DNA of 64,000 nt from Chloroflexota bacterium (GCA_004297775.1 SCUE01000028.1:64704-128703), one strand, 5' to 3'. Shown: positions 9,830 to 19,374, counted from the first letter of the stretch. The notes: a model not told the origin generated them from the sequence alone. Numbers and translations: made by a program.

Positions 9830-11026
9830 TTAACCGACCGTGGCCGGCACCTTGAAGTCGATCGTCGCACCGGCCGGCTGCCGGAACGCCTCGTAGATCT
9901 GCATCATCATGTGCGTATCGCGCAGGCCGGCCTGGTCTGGCTTCGTATTCGTCAGTACCGAGTCACAGAACGCGCGAATCTCGTTCGCGTAGCCGAGCAA
10001 GAACGTGTTCTTGTTGTAGAGGACGCCGAGGCTCATCTCCGGCTCCCAGACGATCGGCGCGGACTCATCGGGCGTGAAGAAGTCGCCGCTGCGCCCGTAG
10101 TAGTGCCCCTGGAACTTCCGGTAGTACGTGAGCTTCACGATGTTGTCGACGATCAGATGCGAACCGTCGCCGACCAGTTCGACGTGTTCCAGCGGAGCGC
10201 CGGACGCCTGGCCGCCCGACGAATGCAGCGATCCGATGCCCCCGTTCTTGAAGGCGAAGTGCGCGAAGAAGCCCCGGCTCTTGGCGTCCCAGACGTAGCT
10301 CATCGACGCGGCGTCGCCCATCAGATACTGGATGACGGCGAACGGATGCCAGACGTGGTCGAGGAACCCGACCGCCAGCGGATCCTGGGCCAGCGCGTAG
10401 CGCGTTTCCGGCGCCGGCATGCGCTGCGGGTAGCGAATCGACAGTTGACGCGCACCGCCGAACTCCGGGCGCTGCGAGATCTCCTTCGCCTTCATGTAGG
10501 TTGGCACGAACATCTTCTTGTAGCCGACCTGTGTGAAGCGCCCGGTCTGTCGCTCGACCGCCTGCATCGCTTCGACCTCTTCGAGGTTCGCCGCCGGCGG
10601 CTTCTCGATCCAGGCGTGCGCCCCGGCGCGCATGATGTCCATCGCGATGCCCGGAAACCGCGGGCGACCGTTCTCGTCGTAGTTCGTGACCACGAAGACG
10701 CAATCGAGTCTCTCTTTCGCCAGCATCTCGCGGTAGTCGTCGTAGGCGCGCTCGGCGCCGAACTCCCGCGCGTACGCCTGGGCACGATCGATCTGAACGT
10801 CCGCGACCGCGATCAAATCGACCGGCGCGAAATGGAACGCCGAGTAGATGTTTCGGTAGGAGTGGCCGCCGCACCCGACAAAGCCGGCGCGGACTCGCCG
10901 GGCCGACTCGGAGCGGTACTCGATCGTGTTCGGCAGTTCGCGCCAGTCCGGCAACCCGAGGTTCGTCCGACGCCGCTCCTCCTGCATCGGCGCGCTCTCC
11001 GGCTTCTTCGCGTCTTTCGGTGCCAT
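9830..11026 (-). CDS. Gfo/Idh/MocA-family oxidoreductase
   Basis: Start taken at MAPKDAKK (CAT 11024-11026), 1 nt after the upstream cupin stop. Rossmann start RAGFVGCGGHSYRNIY and WIEKPPA motif. Confidence 0.75.
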   Translation of the reverse strand: MAPKDAKKPESAPMQEERRRTNLGLPDWRELPNTIEYRSESARRVRAGFVGCGGHSYRNIYSAFHFAPVDLIAVADVQIDRAQAYAREFGAERAYDDYREMLAKERLDCVFVVTNYDENGRPRFPGIAMDIMRAGAHAWIEKPPAANLEEVEAMQAVERQTGRFTQVGYKKMFVPTYMKAKEISQRPEFGGARQLSIRYPQRMPAPETRYALAQDPLAVGFLDHVWHPFAVIQYLMGDAASMSYVWDAKSRGFFAHFAFKNGGIGSLHSSGGQASGAPLEHVELVGDGSHLIVDNIVKLTYYRKFQGHYYGRSGDFFTPDESAPIVWEPEMSLGVLYNKNTFLLGYANEIRAFCDSVLTNTKPDQAGLRDTHMMMQIYEAFRQPAGATIDFKVPATVG

Positions 11027-11027
11027 C

Positions 11028-11399
11028 TCAGTCCTTCCCCGCATCCAGAATCTGGATCTGCCGGTCGCCCGTGTCGTACGCGACAACCATGCGCGCGGCA
11101 ATCGAGCCGCGATTGATCGCGTCGTGCTTCGCCCCGCGCGGAATGTGGATCGCGTCACCAGGCGTCAGGTGATGGTCGACACCGTTCAGGCTGTGATCGA
11201 GTTCCCCTTCGAGCAGGTACAGAATCTCGTCGCAGTTCGGATGCAGCATCAGCGGGTTCTTCGCGCCGGCCGCGATCTCGACGTATCCAAACGTCATATT
11301 CGATCCCGGCACGCTCTGCCCGGTGATGAGCCACTGGATGTTTCCCCACGGCATCGTCGCCGCCGCGCTCGCGTCCCGTCGCTGAACCGGTCCCGCCAT
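11028..11399 (-). CDS. cupin-domain protein
   Basis: 123 aa with cupin motifs (LHPNCDEILYLLEGEL...GDAIHIPRGAKH). Confidence 0.7.
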   Translation of the reverse strand: MAGPVQRRDASAAATMPWGNIQWLITGQSVPGSNMTFGYVEIAAGAKNPLMLHPNCDEILYLLEGELDHSLNGVDHHLTPGDAIHIPRGAKHDAINRGSIAARMVVAYDTGDRQIQILDAGKD

Positions 11400-11418
11400 C
11401 GAACCCCGCCTCCTTCGC

Positions 11419-11826
11419 CTACTCGATCAGAATGAGCGCCTCGCCTGAGACCGCCACCGTTCCGTCCGGCTTCGTCACGCGCGTCGCGAGCGTCACGCGG
11501 CGGCGACGCACGTCCACCGCCGTTACTTCGACGCTCGCCTCAACCTCTTCATCGAGGAAGATCGGCGCACGAAACGCCAGGCTCTGGTTCAGGTAGATCG
11601 ATCCCTCGCCGGGCAATTCGGTGCCGAGAAGGCACGACAGCAGCGACGCCGTCAGCATTCCGTGGACGATCCGCGCACCGAAGCCCGAGTGCGCGGCGAA
11701 CTCCTCGTCCAGATGGACGGGATTCCGGTCGCCGGTCACCTCGGCGAATGCCGCCACGTCGCCAGCCGTAAACGACCGACGCGAGCGCGCACGCTCGCCA
11801 ACACCGGGCAAGCGCCGCGTCGCCAC
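11419..11826 (-). CDS. MaoC-like (R)-specific enoyl-CoA hydratase / hot-dog fold dehydratase
   Basis: FAEVTGDRNPVHLDEEFA...GARIVHGML, the typical MaoC dehydratase signature. Confidence 0.8.
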   Translation of the reverse strand: MATRRLPGVGERARSRRSFTAGDVAAFAEVTGDRNPVHLDEEFAAHSGFGARIVHGMLTASLLSCLLGTELPGEGSIYLNQSLAFRAPIFLDEEVEASVEVTAVDVRRRRVTLATRVTKPDGTVAVSGEALILIE

Positions 11827-11833
11827 GAGTGAA

Positions 11834-13030
11834 CTAGACGCGCGGCGCGGCCGGCACGCGATCGGCCGCGATCGCGCGGACGAGACCGGCCAGTCGCGTC
11901 ATCTCGTCCTCGGTGTTGAAGAACGCGCAGCAGACCCGAATACCGCCGATCCCGTTCGGTCCCCGATTCGCGCGCACGATGAACCCGCGCTCGCGGACCC
12001 GATCGCGGAAGTCGGCGCCCGGCATGGCGTCGATCGCCAGCGCAACCATTCCTGTTCTCAGATCCGAGGCATGCGGCGTGAAATCGATGACTCCCGGTAC
12101 GCCGCGAAGATCGGATTGGAGTTGGTCGGCCAGCGACCGCGAGCGCGATGGAATCTGTGCCAGCGGCGCCGATTCGAGGAACTCGATCCCGGCCGCCATC
12201 GCCGGATAGAGCGGATACGGACGCGCGCCAAACTCGAACTTCCGCGCGGTTGGATCTGGCTCGAACTCGGCCGTCATCTGATTGAATGTCTTCGTCCCGC
12301 CGGCGCCGACCAGAGCCTGCTCGACCTCGGCCAACCGCTCGCGCCGCGTGTACATCGCGCCGGTTCCAAATGGTCCGAGCGCCCACTTGTAGAACCCGGC
12401 CGCGTAGAAATCGACACCCATCTCGCGGAGCGGGAACTCCTCCTGTCCGGCCGCCTGCGTCCCGTCAAGGAGCAGCCGCGCGTCGACCGAATGCGCCAGA
12501 TCGGCCAGGGCGGGAACCGGCACCTTCAACCCGTTCTCGGATGTGACGTGGCTGATCGAAATCAGACGCGTGCGCGCCGAGAGCAGCGCGCGAACGTCCC
12601 CGAGGATCGCCTCGGCTGGGCGATCGTGGTGTAGATCCATATGCCGGACGCGCAGTCCGTGGCGCTTCGCCAGCACGGTCCAGATCGCCCGCGCGGCCGG
12701 ATGATCCTGGACGCACGAAATGATCTCGTCACCCTCGCGCCAGGTGAGGCCGTGCCCAATGATGTTGAATCCCTCGGCGGTCGAGCGCAGCAGCGTCACT
12801 TCGTCCGCATCGACATCCCAATGCCGAGCCACGACCGAGCGGGTCGCCTCCATGCGCGTGAACTCTTCCTCGTGACGGGCCATGAGGTCTGGTGAGCTCG
12901 CGGTGATGAACTGGTAGCGGCTCACAATCGCATCGGTGACCGCGCGGGGACTCGGACCGATTCCGGCCGTGTTGAGATAGACGCACGTGTCGAGCGCCGG
13001 AATCTCCGCGCGTATCCGCTTGATATCCAT
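11834..13030 (-). CDS. class V aminotransferase / cysteine-desulfurase-like PLP enzyme
   Basis: Start at MDIKRIRAEIPALDTCVYLNTAGIGP (13030). SHVTSENG and the FYKWALGPFGTGAMY lysine context. The longer track ORF (to 13129) is probably an N-terminal over-extension. Confidence 0.8.
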   Translation of the reverse strand: MDIKRIRAEIPALDTCVYLNTAGIGPSPRAVTDAIVSRYQFITASSPDLMARHEEEFTRMEATRSVVARHWDVDADEVTLLRSTAEGFNIIGHGLTWREGDEIISCVQDHPAARAIWTVLAKRHGLRVRHMDLHHDRPAEAILGDVRALLSARTRLISISHVTSENGLKVPVPALADLAHSVDARLLLDGTQAAGQEEFPLREMGVDFYAAGFYKWALGPFGTGAMYTRRERLAEVEQALVGAGGTKTFNQMTAEFEPDPTARKFEFGARPYPLYPAMAAGIEFLESAPLAQIPSRSRSLADQLQSDLRGVPGVIDFTPHASDLRTGMVALAIDAMPGADFRDRVRERGFIVRANRGPNGIGGIRVCCAFFNTEDEMTRLAGLVRAIAADRVPAAPRV

Positions 13031-13077
13031 GACGTGCGCTCCTTTGCGAAATGTGACCGAATATGACCGGCGGAAAC

Positions 13078-13638
13078 CTATCCGGGCGGCTCGATGCCGA
13101 AATCGCGAATCGTGTAGAGGGCGCGACACTCGACGCCGAGCGCGCGCAGATTGTCGGCGCCGCCCTCCAGGCGATCGACGATCGTCGCCGCCGCGACGAC
13201 CACCATCCCGGCTTCGCGTGCCGCTTCGACCGCCATCTTGATGGCGCTGCCGGTCGTGAGCGCGTCCTCCAGGATCGCAACCCGCTGCCCCGCTCGCCAG
13301 GGTCCGGCGATGCGGTCGCCAATCCCGTGATCCTTGGTTTCTTTGCGGACGATGAAGGCATCGAGCGGCTTCCCAGCGCGAAAGCTCTCGGCCGCGACGG
13401 CGGTCACGATCGGATCCGCGCCGAGAGTCGGACCGCCGACCGCCGCGACATCGAGATCCTTGATCAACTCGAACATCAGTGGGCCGACCAGCGCCGCGCC
13501 CTCGGCCGACAGTGTCGTCTGCTTGCCGTCGAAGAAGTAACTGCTCGCCTTGCCCGAGCGAAGGACGAAGTTGCCGAACTTCAGGGAACGCTCGCGCAGG
13601 ACGTCGCGCAGTCGCAGCCAGCGCGCGTCAGATTTCAC
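13078..13638 (-). CDS. pyrE: orotate phosphoribosyltransferase
   Basis: FGNFVLRSGKASSYFFD and PRPP loop VAILEDALTTGSA. GTG 13638 is chosen because it avoids overlap with the NUDIX gene; the track ORF extends to 13731. Confidence 0.8.
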   Translation of the reverse strand: MKSDARWLRLRDVLRERSLKFGNFVLRSGKASSYFFDGKQTTLSAEGAALVGPLMFELIKDLDVAAVGGPTLGADPIVTAVAAESFRAGKPLDAFIVRKETKDHGIGDRIAGPWRAGQRVAILEDALTTGSAIKMAVEAAREAGMVVVAAATIVDRLEGGADNLRALGVECRALYTIRDFGIEPPG

Positions 13639-13709
13639 GGTCGCGAATCGTATCACGCGACCGGTACGACGGCTGACGCGGCGCCAAGAAGCCGACGCCG
13701 CGTGGGCGT

Positions 13710-14294
13710 TCACACGTGGAATAGCGCCCACGGTGGCCGCGTGGGATCAGCGCCGCGCATCGATGGCGAGAATCCCTTGCTGCCGGCCTGCGCCCACGTC
13801 ACCGCCCATTTCGTCAGGTTCTGGACGCGCTCGTGCGCCTGCAGTTCATCCGGATCCCAGTACTCCGCGCCGGTGATCTCGTCCTGGTCGCAGGCTGGCT
13901 CGACCGAGGTGTCGGGCTCGAGTCGAAACACGACGTACATGTTCGTGCTCGGTCCGCCGATCGACCCCGGTCCGCCCACTGAATGACGGAAGCCGAGGAC
14001 TTCAACGACTTTCGCCGGTACGCCAGCCTCTTCGAGACACTCGCGCTCGACCGCCTCGGCGATCGCCTCATCGTGCTCGGCGTATCCGCCCGGCAACTGC
14101 CACCAGCCTCGCCCTGGCTCGTGACCACGTCGAATGAGTAGCACGCGACCATTTCGGACGACGACGCCACCGACGCCGATCGAAAAGTCGCCGAAATGAA
14201 CGAAGGTACAGCTCTCGGCCGAGCACGAGAGGCGGTCGCGACCGCCCTCCGGACGTAGAACGAGCTCGCTCGCGCAACGCGGGCAGTACTTCAT
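13710..14294 (-). CDS. NUDIX hydrolase with N-terminal zinc ribbon
   Basis: MKYCPRCASEL...LSCSAESC zinc ribbon. Nudix box GGYAEHDEAIAEAVERECLEEAG. Confidence 0.8.
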   Translation of the reverse strand: MKYCPRCASELVLRPEGGRDRLSCSAESCTFVHFGDFSIGVGGVVVRNGRVLLIRRGHEPGRGWWQLPGGYAEHDEAIAEAVERECLEEAGVPAKVVEVLGFRHSVGGPGSIGGPSTNMYVVFRLEPDTSVEPACDQDEITGAEYWDPDELQAHERVQNLTKWAVTWAQAGSKGFSPSMRGADPTRPPWALFHV

Positions 14295-14386
14295 CAAGAT
14301 CCCCCCGTATCGGCCGCGCACTGTACCAGACGGGCGACGGCGATCCGGCCGGCGGGCCGCGCCCTTCCGCGTGACCTGTCACCTGA

Positions 14387-14689
14387 ATGTCCTATAGGTC
14401 ACACTCGGGCGTTTTGTTAGTCTCAATGTTCGTGACTCCGCCAGACGAAACGCTTGTCGCCGTCATCGCGACCATCGTGTCGGCCGCGATCGTGATGCCA
14501 CTCCTGATTCGCTGGTGGCCAACAACGCTCGGCAAGAAGCGAGCCGGCCGCAAGCGCACCGCGGATGCGCGTCCGGCGCCGGCCACGTCCGGGCCGCGAC
14601 AGCGGCGACCGGCAGCCTCGGATCGGCCGAAGTCGCTGGCGACACCCGCGCGCGGCACTCCGGAGGCATCGCGGCGCCGATCGGCCTGA
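14387..14689 (+). CDS. hypothetical small protein, one predicted TM helix and a basic Pro/Arg-rich tail
   Basis: ORF only. TM-like LVAVIATIVSAAIVMPLLI. No recognisable family. Confidence 0.25.
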   Translation: MSYRSHSGVLLVSMFVTPPDETLVAVIATIVSAAIVMPLLIRWWPTTLGKKRAGRKRTADARPAPATSGPRQRRPAASDRPKSLATPARGTPEASRRRSA

Positions 14690-14792
14690 CTACCCGGCGG
14701 ATCCGAGCGCCGAGCGTATCGGTGATGGCGCATCCACCAGTTCCGGTGGCCGGTGACCGCCCGGATAAACGACGACCGCGCGCACGACTTGG

Positions 14793-15341
14793 CTACGGCC
14801 GATTCAGAGGCGCATAGGCGATCACGTCGAACGCGATCTCCCAGCCGCCGGTCGCGCTCGGACGGGCGATGACGTTGTCGATCACCCATGAGCGCACCGT
14901 GCCGCGCTCGATCCGCGAGAGCATATCGACGACCTGCGAGGGCGAGCCGGTCGCGCGCAGCGACACGCGGTAGGAGCGATAGGTGTTCTGGACGAGCCGT
15001 TCGCCAGCGCCAAGCGCCGGCGTCATGGAATCGATCTTGACGCCGGCGCCCTGCGCCGACTGGACGACGAGGGTCGTCAGTTCGGCGGTCGGCAGGTCGG
15101 CCGGGAACGGATTCTCGCCCGGCAGCGGCACGAGCGCGCTCGGCTGGGCCTGGCGATCCTGCAGGCGCCGCACCGCCCGCTCGACGACGCCAACCTGCCT
15201 TGCAAGATCGTCGCGCGTCTGGCTGAGTGGCAGATAGGTGAAGAAGAGCGCCGCGTCGGTGAGGAGCATGATGGCGGCGACGGTCAACAGCGCGTACTGA
15301 ACGGGCCCGAGCCTGGGCCGGACCGACAGGAATGGCATCAT
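14793..15341 (-). CDS. PilO-like (type IV pilus/T2SS inner-membrane alignment subunit-like) protein
   Basis: N-terminal TM (VQYALLTVAAIMLLTDAALFF), a coiled-coil segment, then a C-terminal alpha/beta region (YRVSLRATGSPSQVVDMLSRIE). Its start overlaps the stop of the upstream PilN-like gene (ATGA at 15338-15341). Confidence 0.55.
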   Translation of the reverse strand: MMPFLSVRPRLGPVQYALLTVAAIMLLTDAALFFTYLPLSQTRDDLARQVGVVERAVRRLQDRQAQPSALVPLPGENPFPADLPTAELTTLVVQSAQGAGVKIDSMTPALGAGERLVQNTYRSYRVSLRATGSPSQVVDMLSRIERGTVRSWVIDNVIARPSATGGWEIAFDVIAYAPLNRP

Positions 15342-18328
15342 GGGCCGCCCGGCCTCGCCTGGGCGATGATCAAGAACGAGACGCGCCCTTGCGCCGCGGC
15401 GGCGGCGGGCGCCGGCGACGCGCCCGGCCGCGGCGGAGTGCCGATCACAACCGGCGTCGGCTGCACCTGCACCGGTCCGGGCGGTCCCGAAGGCGGCGCC
15501 AGAGGTTTCACCGGAACCTGGACCTGCGAGAGTTCAGCCGCCTCGGCGATCGGCATTAGTGAGAGCCGACGGACCCACCATGCCGCGATGTCACCAATCG
15601 TCACGCTCTGATCCGAACTCGCCCCCGCTCGGATATTGGATCCCTGCGCTTTGTAGACGTATATTGTCCTGATCCCGGTAATCGCGCTGAAACCGGTGAA
15701 CTTGACTTTGACTTGAGCAATATCGCCGATAGGACTATTCAATTGCATAGATCGAGAAGCATCATTGGTCAGTGTCTCAGTAGATACCACAACATTACGC
15801 GAGGCAGACACAGCATCATTGCGATCCAGCAGTTCGATTGTGACCGTTCCAGATGAACTTGACACAGCATAAAAGCGAACAGCGACTTCGCGAACCGTAA
15901 TCGGCAATGCGTAGGCAATTCGCCAATACTCGGTTCCGGTGCCGACTGGGGCGAGTACTGCCCAATAGGTCGAACTAATCTGATTATATATGGTTCCGTC
16001 GTTGGCCTTTGTGGCATCCGCGGCATTAGTCGTCGCAGAAACATCCGTGGCTCCGGACGATCCGTCAGCCGGGGTAACGGTCGAAGTAGCCGTAGGCGGC
16101 AACGCTGTCGCTGGCGGTGGCGGCGACGCGGTTGGCGATGACGTTGGGGTACAGGTCCCGCCCGCACAAGGCGTCACGGTGGACGTGTTGGTTGGCGTGG
16201 GCGGGATCGGAGTTGGGATCAGTCCGTAAACGACGAGCTCCCGAATGCCCGGCGGAATCGCATTGTTCTGCGGGTTATCGATATAGACGAGAACTGCAGT
16301 CGCATTAGTTGCGCCTGAACAGGTCATCTGAATGGTCTCAAAATCAATCTGACTCAGTTGCGATGTTCCGCATGGCACTGCATCTCCCGATCGCTCGATC
16401 GCAACTCGGAACCATCCGGACGGCGCTGCCGGCGTCGGTGAACCCGGACCAACTGTTGGCGTCGATGTACCAACTCCATCGCCACCAACTGCCGTGGTGA
16501 TCCGCACGTAGCCGACCGTCTGCGCAGTCTGAAGCTCAGCCCTGAGATAGTGGCCTGTCTGTCCGGCCTGCGGCCGCCAGGCCGTGCTCGTGTTCCCGTC
16601 TGTGGCGCCGCTTGGCGGGCTAATCGATTGGGACGAGGAGGAGGTCGGCGGGCGAACCTGAACTAGGGTGGCGCCAACGGGAACGGTGGCCGTGGCCGTT
16701 GGCACGATCGTCGCGGTCGGCGTTGAAGTCGCGACCGGAAACCCCGGCGGCAACGGCTCGAACAACCTCACTTCGCGCCAGCCAACGTTGACACCGGATC
16801 GAATCGTCCGAATCCGTAGTTGCTGAATCGTCCGCGGCGTCGCGAACTTGGCCGAGATCGTCGTCCAGTCGAGCGTATCGACGTCGGCGAACGTATGCTC
16901 CAACTGGACACTGCCGGTGTCGTACATCGTCCAAATCTCGTGGGTCGACTTCGTCCGCGCGCTCAGTAGCGCGACCATCTCGAGTGATTCGAGCTGCACG
17001 GTCTTCGCACTGCCATCGTCCCGTACCTGGCAGCCTCGCGGGTGACCAATCGGGAACCGGGTGAAGTCGAACGTCACCTGCGTGATCGGCCCCTGCCCGG
17101 CGTCCCATCCCGAGTCGGCGTTCCCATCGACGATGCGATACGCGTCCGGATTGTTGTGCGACGTCGTCACGCACCCGCGCGCGGCAATGTTTGCGCCCGG
17201 CCCGACCGTCGTCGGCGTCGGCTGCGGCGTCAGCGTCTGAGTCGGGGTCGGACAACCAACACAGATTGCCGGACCGGCCAATGGCGTCCCCGGCGCTTGC
17301 TTGCGAAACGTCACGTTCCAATCGCTGACGCCGGCCTTGCCGGACACTCCGGTGTACAAGCCGGTCGCGCGTTCGCTCGACCCGTTGAGCATGAACAGCG
17401 TGAATTTGCCCATGCCAGCGATCATCTCGAAGCGCCCGTCCGACGCCGGGAATCCCTCGTGCGGATGAGTGTCGCCCCACGCTGGCAGACCTTCACTCTC
17501 GATCCGCAGACGCGTGCCTGGAAGAAGATTTCCGGCCGCGTCCTCGACCCGGACGCGAATGGTCGCGGCGGCGCTGGTTCGATCGGGGTAGAACGACTCG
17601 CGTTTTTCCGTGACGATGAAGTCGTACTGCGGTTTCGGCGTTCCGACCGCCGTCGGCGACGCGGTCGCCACCGCCGGTCGCGTTGTGGGCTGGACCGCCG
17701 GTGGTGCCGGTAGCGCTGGCGGCCTCGTTGGCGATGGCGCCAGACCCGGAATCACGGCCGCGATCGGGGGCAAGGTTGGCGGCGGACGGGTCGGTAATGG
17801 CGGAAGGGGCGTATCGGACGGGCGAGGAGTCAGCGTGGGTACGGCGGTCGGCGTCTCGATACCAACCATCGACATATCGAGCGAGGAAAAGAAACTGCTA
17901 TCGCGCAAGCGTTGCAGGTACGCGTTTGCCTCGATCGACGATGATGCCTCACCGGAAATCGAAAGCGCGTAGCCGGCCTGGTTGACCCCGCCGAGCCGCA
18001 CGTGCGGCCCCATCGCATTGACCAGTACGGCGAACAGCCCCGCCCAATCGATCTGGCGCGCACGAAGCTCAGCCCAGTCCTCGAGTGTCCCGGATGGCAA
18101 TCGGCTGCCGAGCACGCCGCCGATCTCATCGACCGGTAGCCCGAGATCGTGCGCCAGCGACTGCGCGACTTTCTGGCGCGCCGAGAGCGCCTGGACCTCG
18201 AGATCGGTGTAGGCGCGCACGTAGAACAGCGCGTAGCCGAGTCCGAGCAACCCGACGACGATCGCCGCCAGTCCGACGGCGAGCCATGGCAGCGGTGGTG
18301 GCAGCAGATCGACCGGCGTGAGATTCAT
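15338..18328 (-). CDS. giant PilN-like membrane protein fused to Pro-rich linkers and several F5/8-type-C (discoidin)-like carbohydrate-binding-type domains
   Basis: MNLTPVDLLPPP (resembles the PilN N-terminal INLLP motif), then TM WLAVGLAAIVVGLLGLGYALF, then a PilN-like region (...ANAYLQRLRDSSFFSSLDMSMVG). Long P/T/A linkers follow. Repeated DGN-type modules (VDGNADSGWDAG; ATDGNTSTAWRP; ANDGTIYNQISSTYW). The track ORF extends to 18424; ATG 18328 is preferred. Confidence 0.6.
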   Translation of the reverse strand: MNLTPVDLLPPPLPWLAVGLAAIVVGLLGLGYALFYVRAYTDLEVQALSARQKVAQSLAHDLGLPVDEIGGVLGSRLPSGTLEDWAELRARQIDWAGLFAVLVNAMGPHVRLGGVNQAGYALSISGEASSSIEANAYLQRLRDSSFFSSLDMSMVGIETPTAVPTLTPRPSDTPLPPLPTRPPPTLPPIAAVIPGLAPSPTRPPALPAPPAVQPTTRPAVATASPTAVGTPKPQYDFIVTEKRESFYPDRTSAAATIRVRVEDAAGNLLPGTRLRIESEGLPAWGDTHPHEGFPASDGRFEMIAGMGKFTLFMLNGSSERATGLYTGVSGKAGVSDWNVTFRKQAPGTPLAGPAICVGCPTPTQTLTPQPTPTTVGPGANIAARGCVTTSHNNPDAYRIVDGNADSGWDAGQGPITQVTFDFTRFPIGHPRGCQVRDDGSAKTVQLESLEMVALLSARTKSTHEIWTMYDTGSVQLEHTFADVDTLDWTTISAKFATPRTIQQLRIRTIRSGVNVGWREVRLFEPLPPGFPVATSTPTATIVPTATATVPVGATLVQVRPPTSSSSQSISPPSGATDGNTSTAWRPQAGQTGHYLRAELQTAQTVGYVRITTAVGGDGVGTSTPTVGPGSPTPAAPSGWFRVAIERSGDAVPCGTSQLSQIDFETIQMTCSGATNATAVLVYIDNPQNNAIPPGIRELVVYGLIPTPIPPTPTNTSTVTPCAGGTCTPTSSPTASPPPPATALPPTATSTVTPADGSSGATDVSATTNAADATKANDGTIYNQISSTYWAVLAPVGTGTEYWRIAYALPITVREVAVRFYAVSSSSGTVTIELLDRNDAVSASRNVVVSTETLTNDASRSMQLNSPIGDIAQVKVKFTGFSAITGIRTIYVYKAQGSNIRAGASSDQSVTIGDIAAWWVRRLSLMPIAEAAELSQVQVPVKPLAPPSGPPGPVQVQPTPVVIGTPPRPGASPAPAAAAAQGRVSFLIIAQARPGGP

Positions 18329-18467
18329 GTTGGGCAGCCGCGTTCTCAGGCGACGCGCGTTCTCTGCCCACCCGAATTCCATCCCGTCGCCTGATCGTAC
18401 CAAACGCCACGGAACGCTCCCCATTACATGTCAATAAGAGGGACTTTCTGGCGAGAATCGCGCGCGC

Positions 18468-19238
18468 GTGGCTGTACAATCGCGATTGGGTATGGACATT
18501 TCCCGGCGCATCGCGCCTATGAAATCCATCTCGATCATGTGGGCACAGGGTGTGACCGACACCGAGGCGCGCACTGCCGTCGCCACGATCCGCGACATCG
18601 TCAAGACGGTCTACGACGCGTGCTTCGCCGAGGGCGTTCTGCTCGGTCCGACCCAGATTCGGCCATTCGGCAATTGGGTGATTCCGACGATCTCGACTGG
18701 CAATCCGTACGGCAGCGCGGCCTGGTATATGGAGACCGCGTTCGACGCCGGGCGAGGACAGATCGTCGCGCCGCGTTTTCTCGAGCTCGTGCGCCGCGAG
18801 CCGTGGCAGGCCGCGAACGCGCATTTCGATCTGGCGATCCTCGATCGCGATCTGGCCGACGAACCGGAGAAGTGGTTCGGACTCGGCCACGAGCCTTTCG
18901 TGCTCGGCTCGGTCCTGCCCGGAACCGCCACGGTCGTATCGGTCTTCCGTCTCCGCGACATCGCCGATCTGCGCGTCCGAATGACTGTCCTTCGACGGCT
19001 GATCGTGCACAACTTCGGGCACGTCCTCGAAGCGCCCGGCGCCGATCGAACCGAGGAGGTCGCCGCGTCATCCGGCGAGCGTCACTGCGTCAACCGGTGC
19101 GCCCTCCGCGACGTCACGACATTCGACAACCTGATCGAGTTCGCTCAGGAAGAGCGCGACGCGAGCGTGTCCTACTGCGCCCGCTGTCGCCGCGACATCA
19201 TGCGCGCGACGCTGATGCAGCGATTCTCGCGCAACTGA
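18468..19238 (+). CDS. conserved hypothetical protein, archaemetzincin (peptidase M54)-like C-terminal zinc motif with HNFGH in place of HExxH
   Basis: C-terminal LIVHNFGHVLEAPG...HCVNRCALRD...YCARCRRD: a His pair plus a CxxxC...CxxC arrangement reminiscent of archaemetzincins. Start codon uncertain. Confidence 0.4.
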   Translation: MAVQSRLGMDISRRIAPMKSISIMWAQGVTDTEARTAVATIRDIVKTVYDACFAEGVLLGPTQIRPFGNWVIPTISTGNPYGSAAWYMETAFDAGRGQIVAPRFLELVRREPWQAANAHFDLAILDRDLADEPEKWFGLGHEPFVLGSVLPGTATVVSVFRLRDIADLRVRMTVLRRLIVHNFGHVLEAPGADRTEEVAASSGERHCVNRCALRDVTTFDNLIEFAQEERDASVSYCARCRRDIMRATLMQRFSRN

Positions 19239-19374
19239 TCCGGCATGAATCCAGCGCGGATGTGGGCGCCTCGCCGGCGTCGCGCGACGCGGGCAGGTAG
19301 ACATCCATCGGCACATCGCCGCCGCCGATGACCGGCGCTCGGAGTTGAGTCATGCGCGTCCATTCGTGTCCCGC

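Noticed and set aside
9816-9848. 8-bp GC stem (GCCGGCCA/TGGCCGGC) between the convergent kinase and oxidoreductase genes as a bidirectional terminator.
   Set aside because: The loop is 17 nt, there is no U/A tract on either side, and the stop codon of the minus-strand gene lies in the loop. This is too weak to call.
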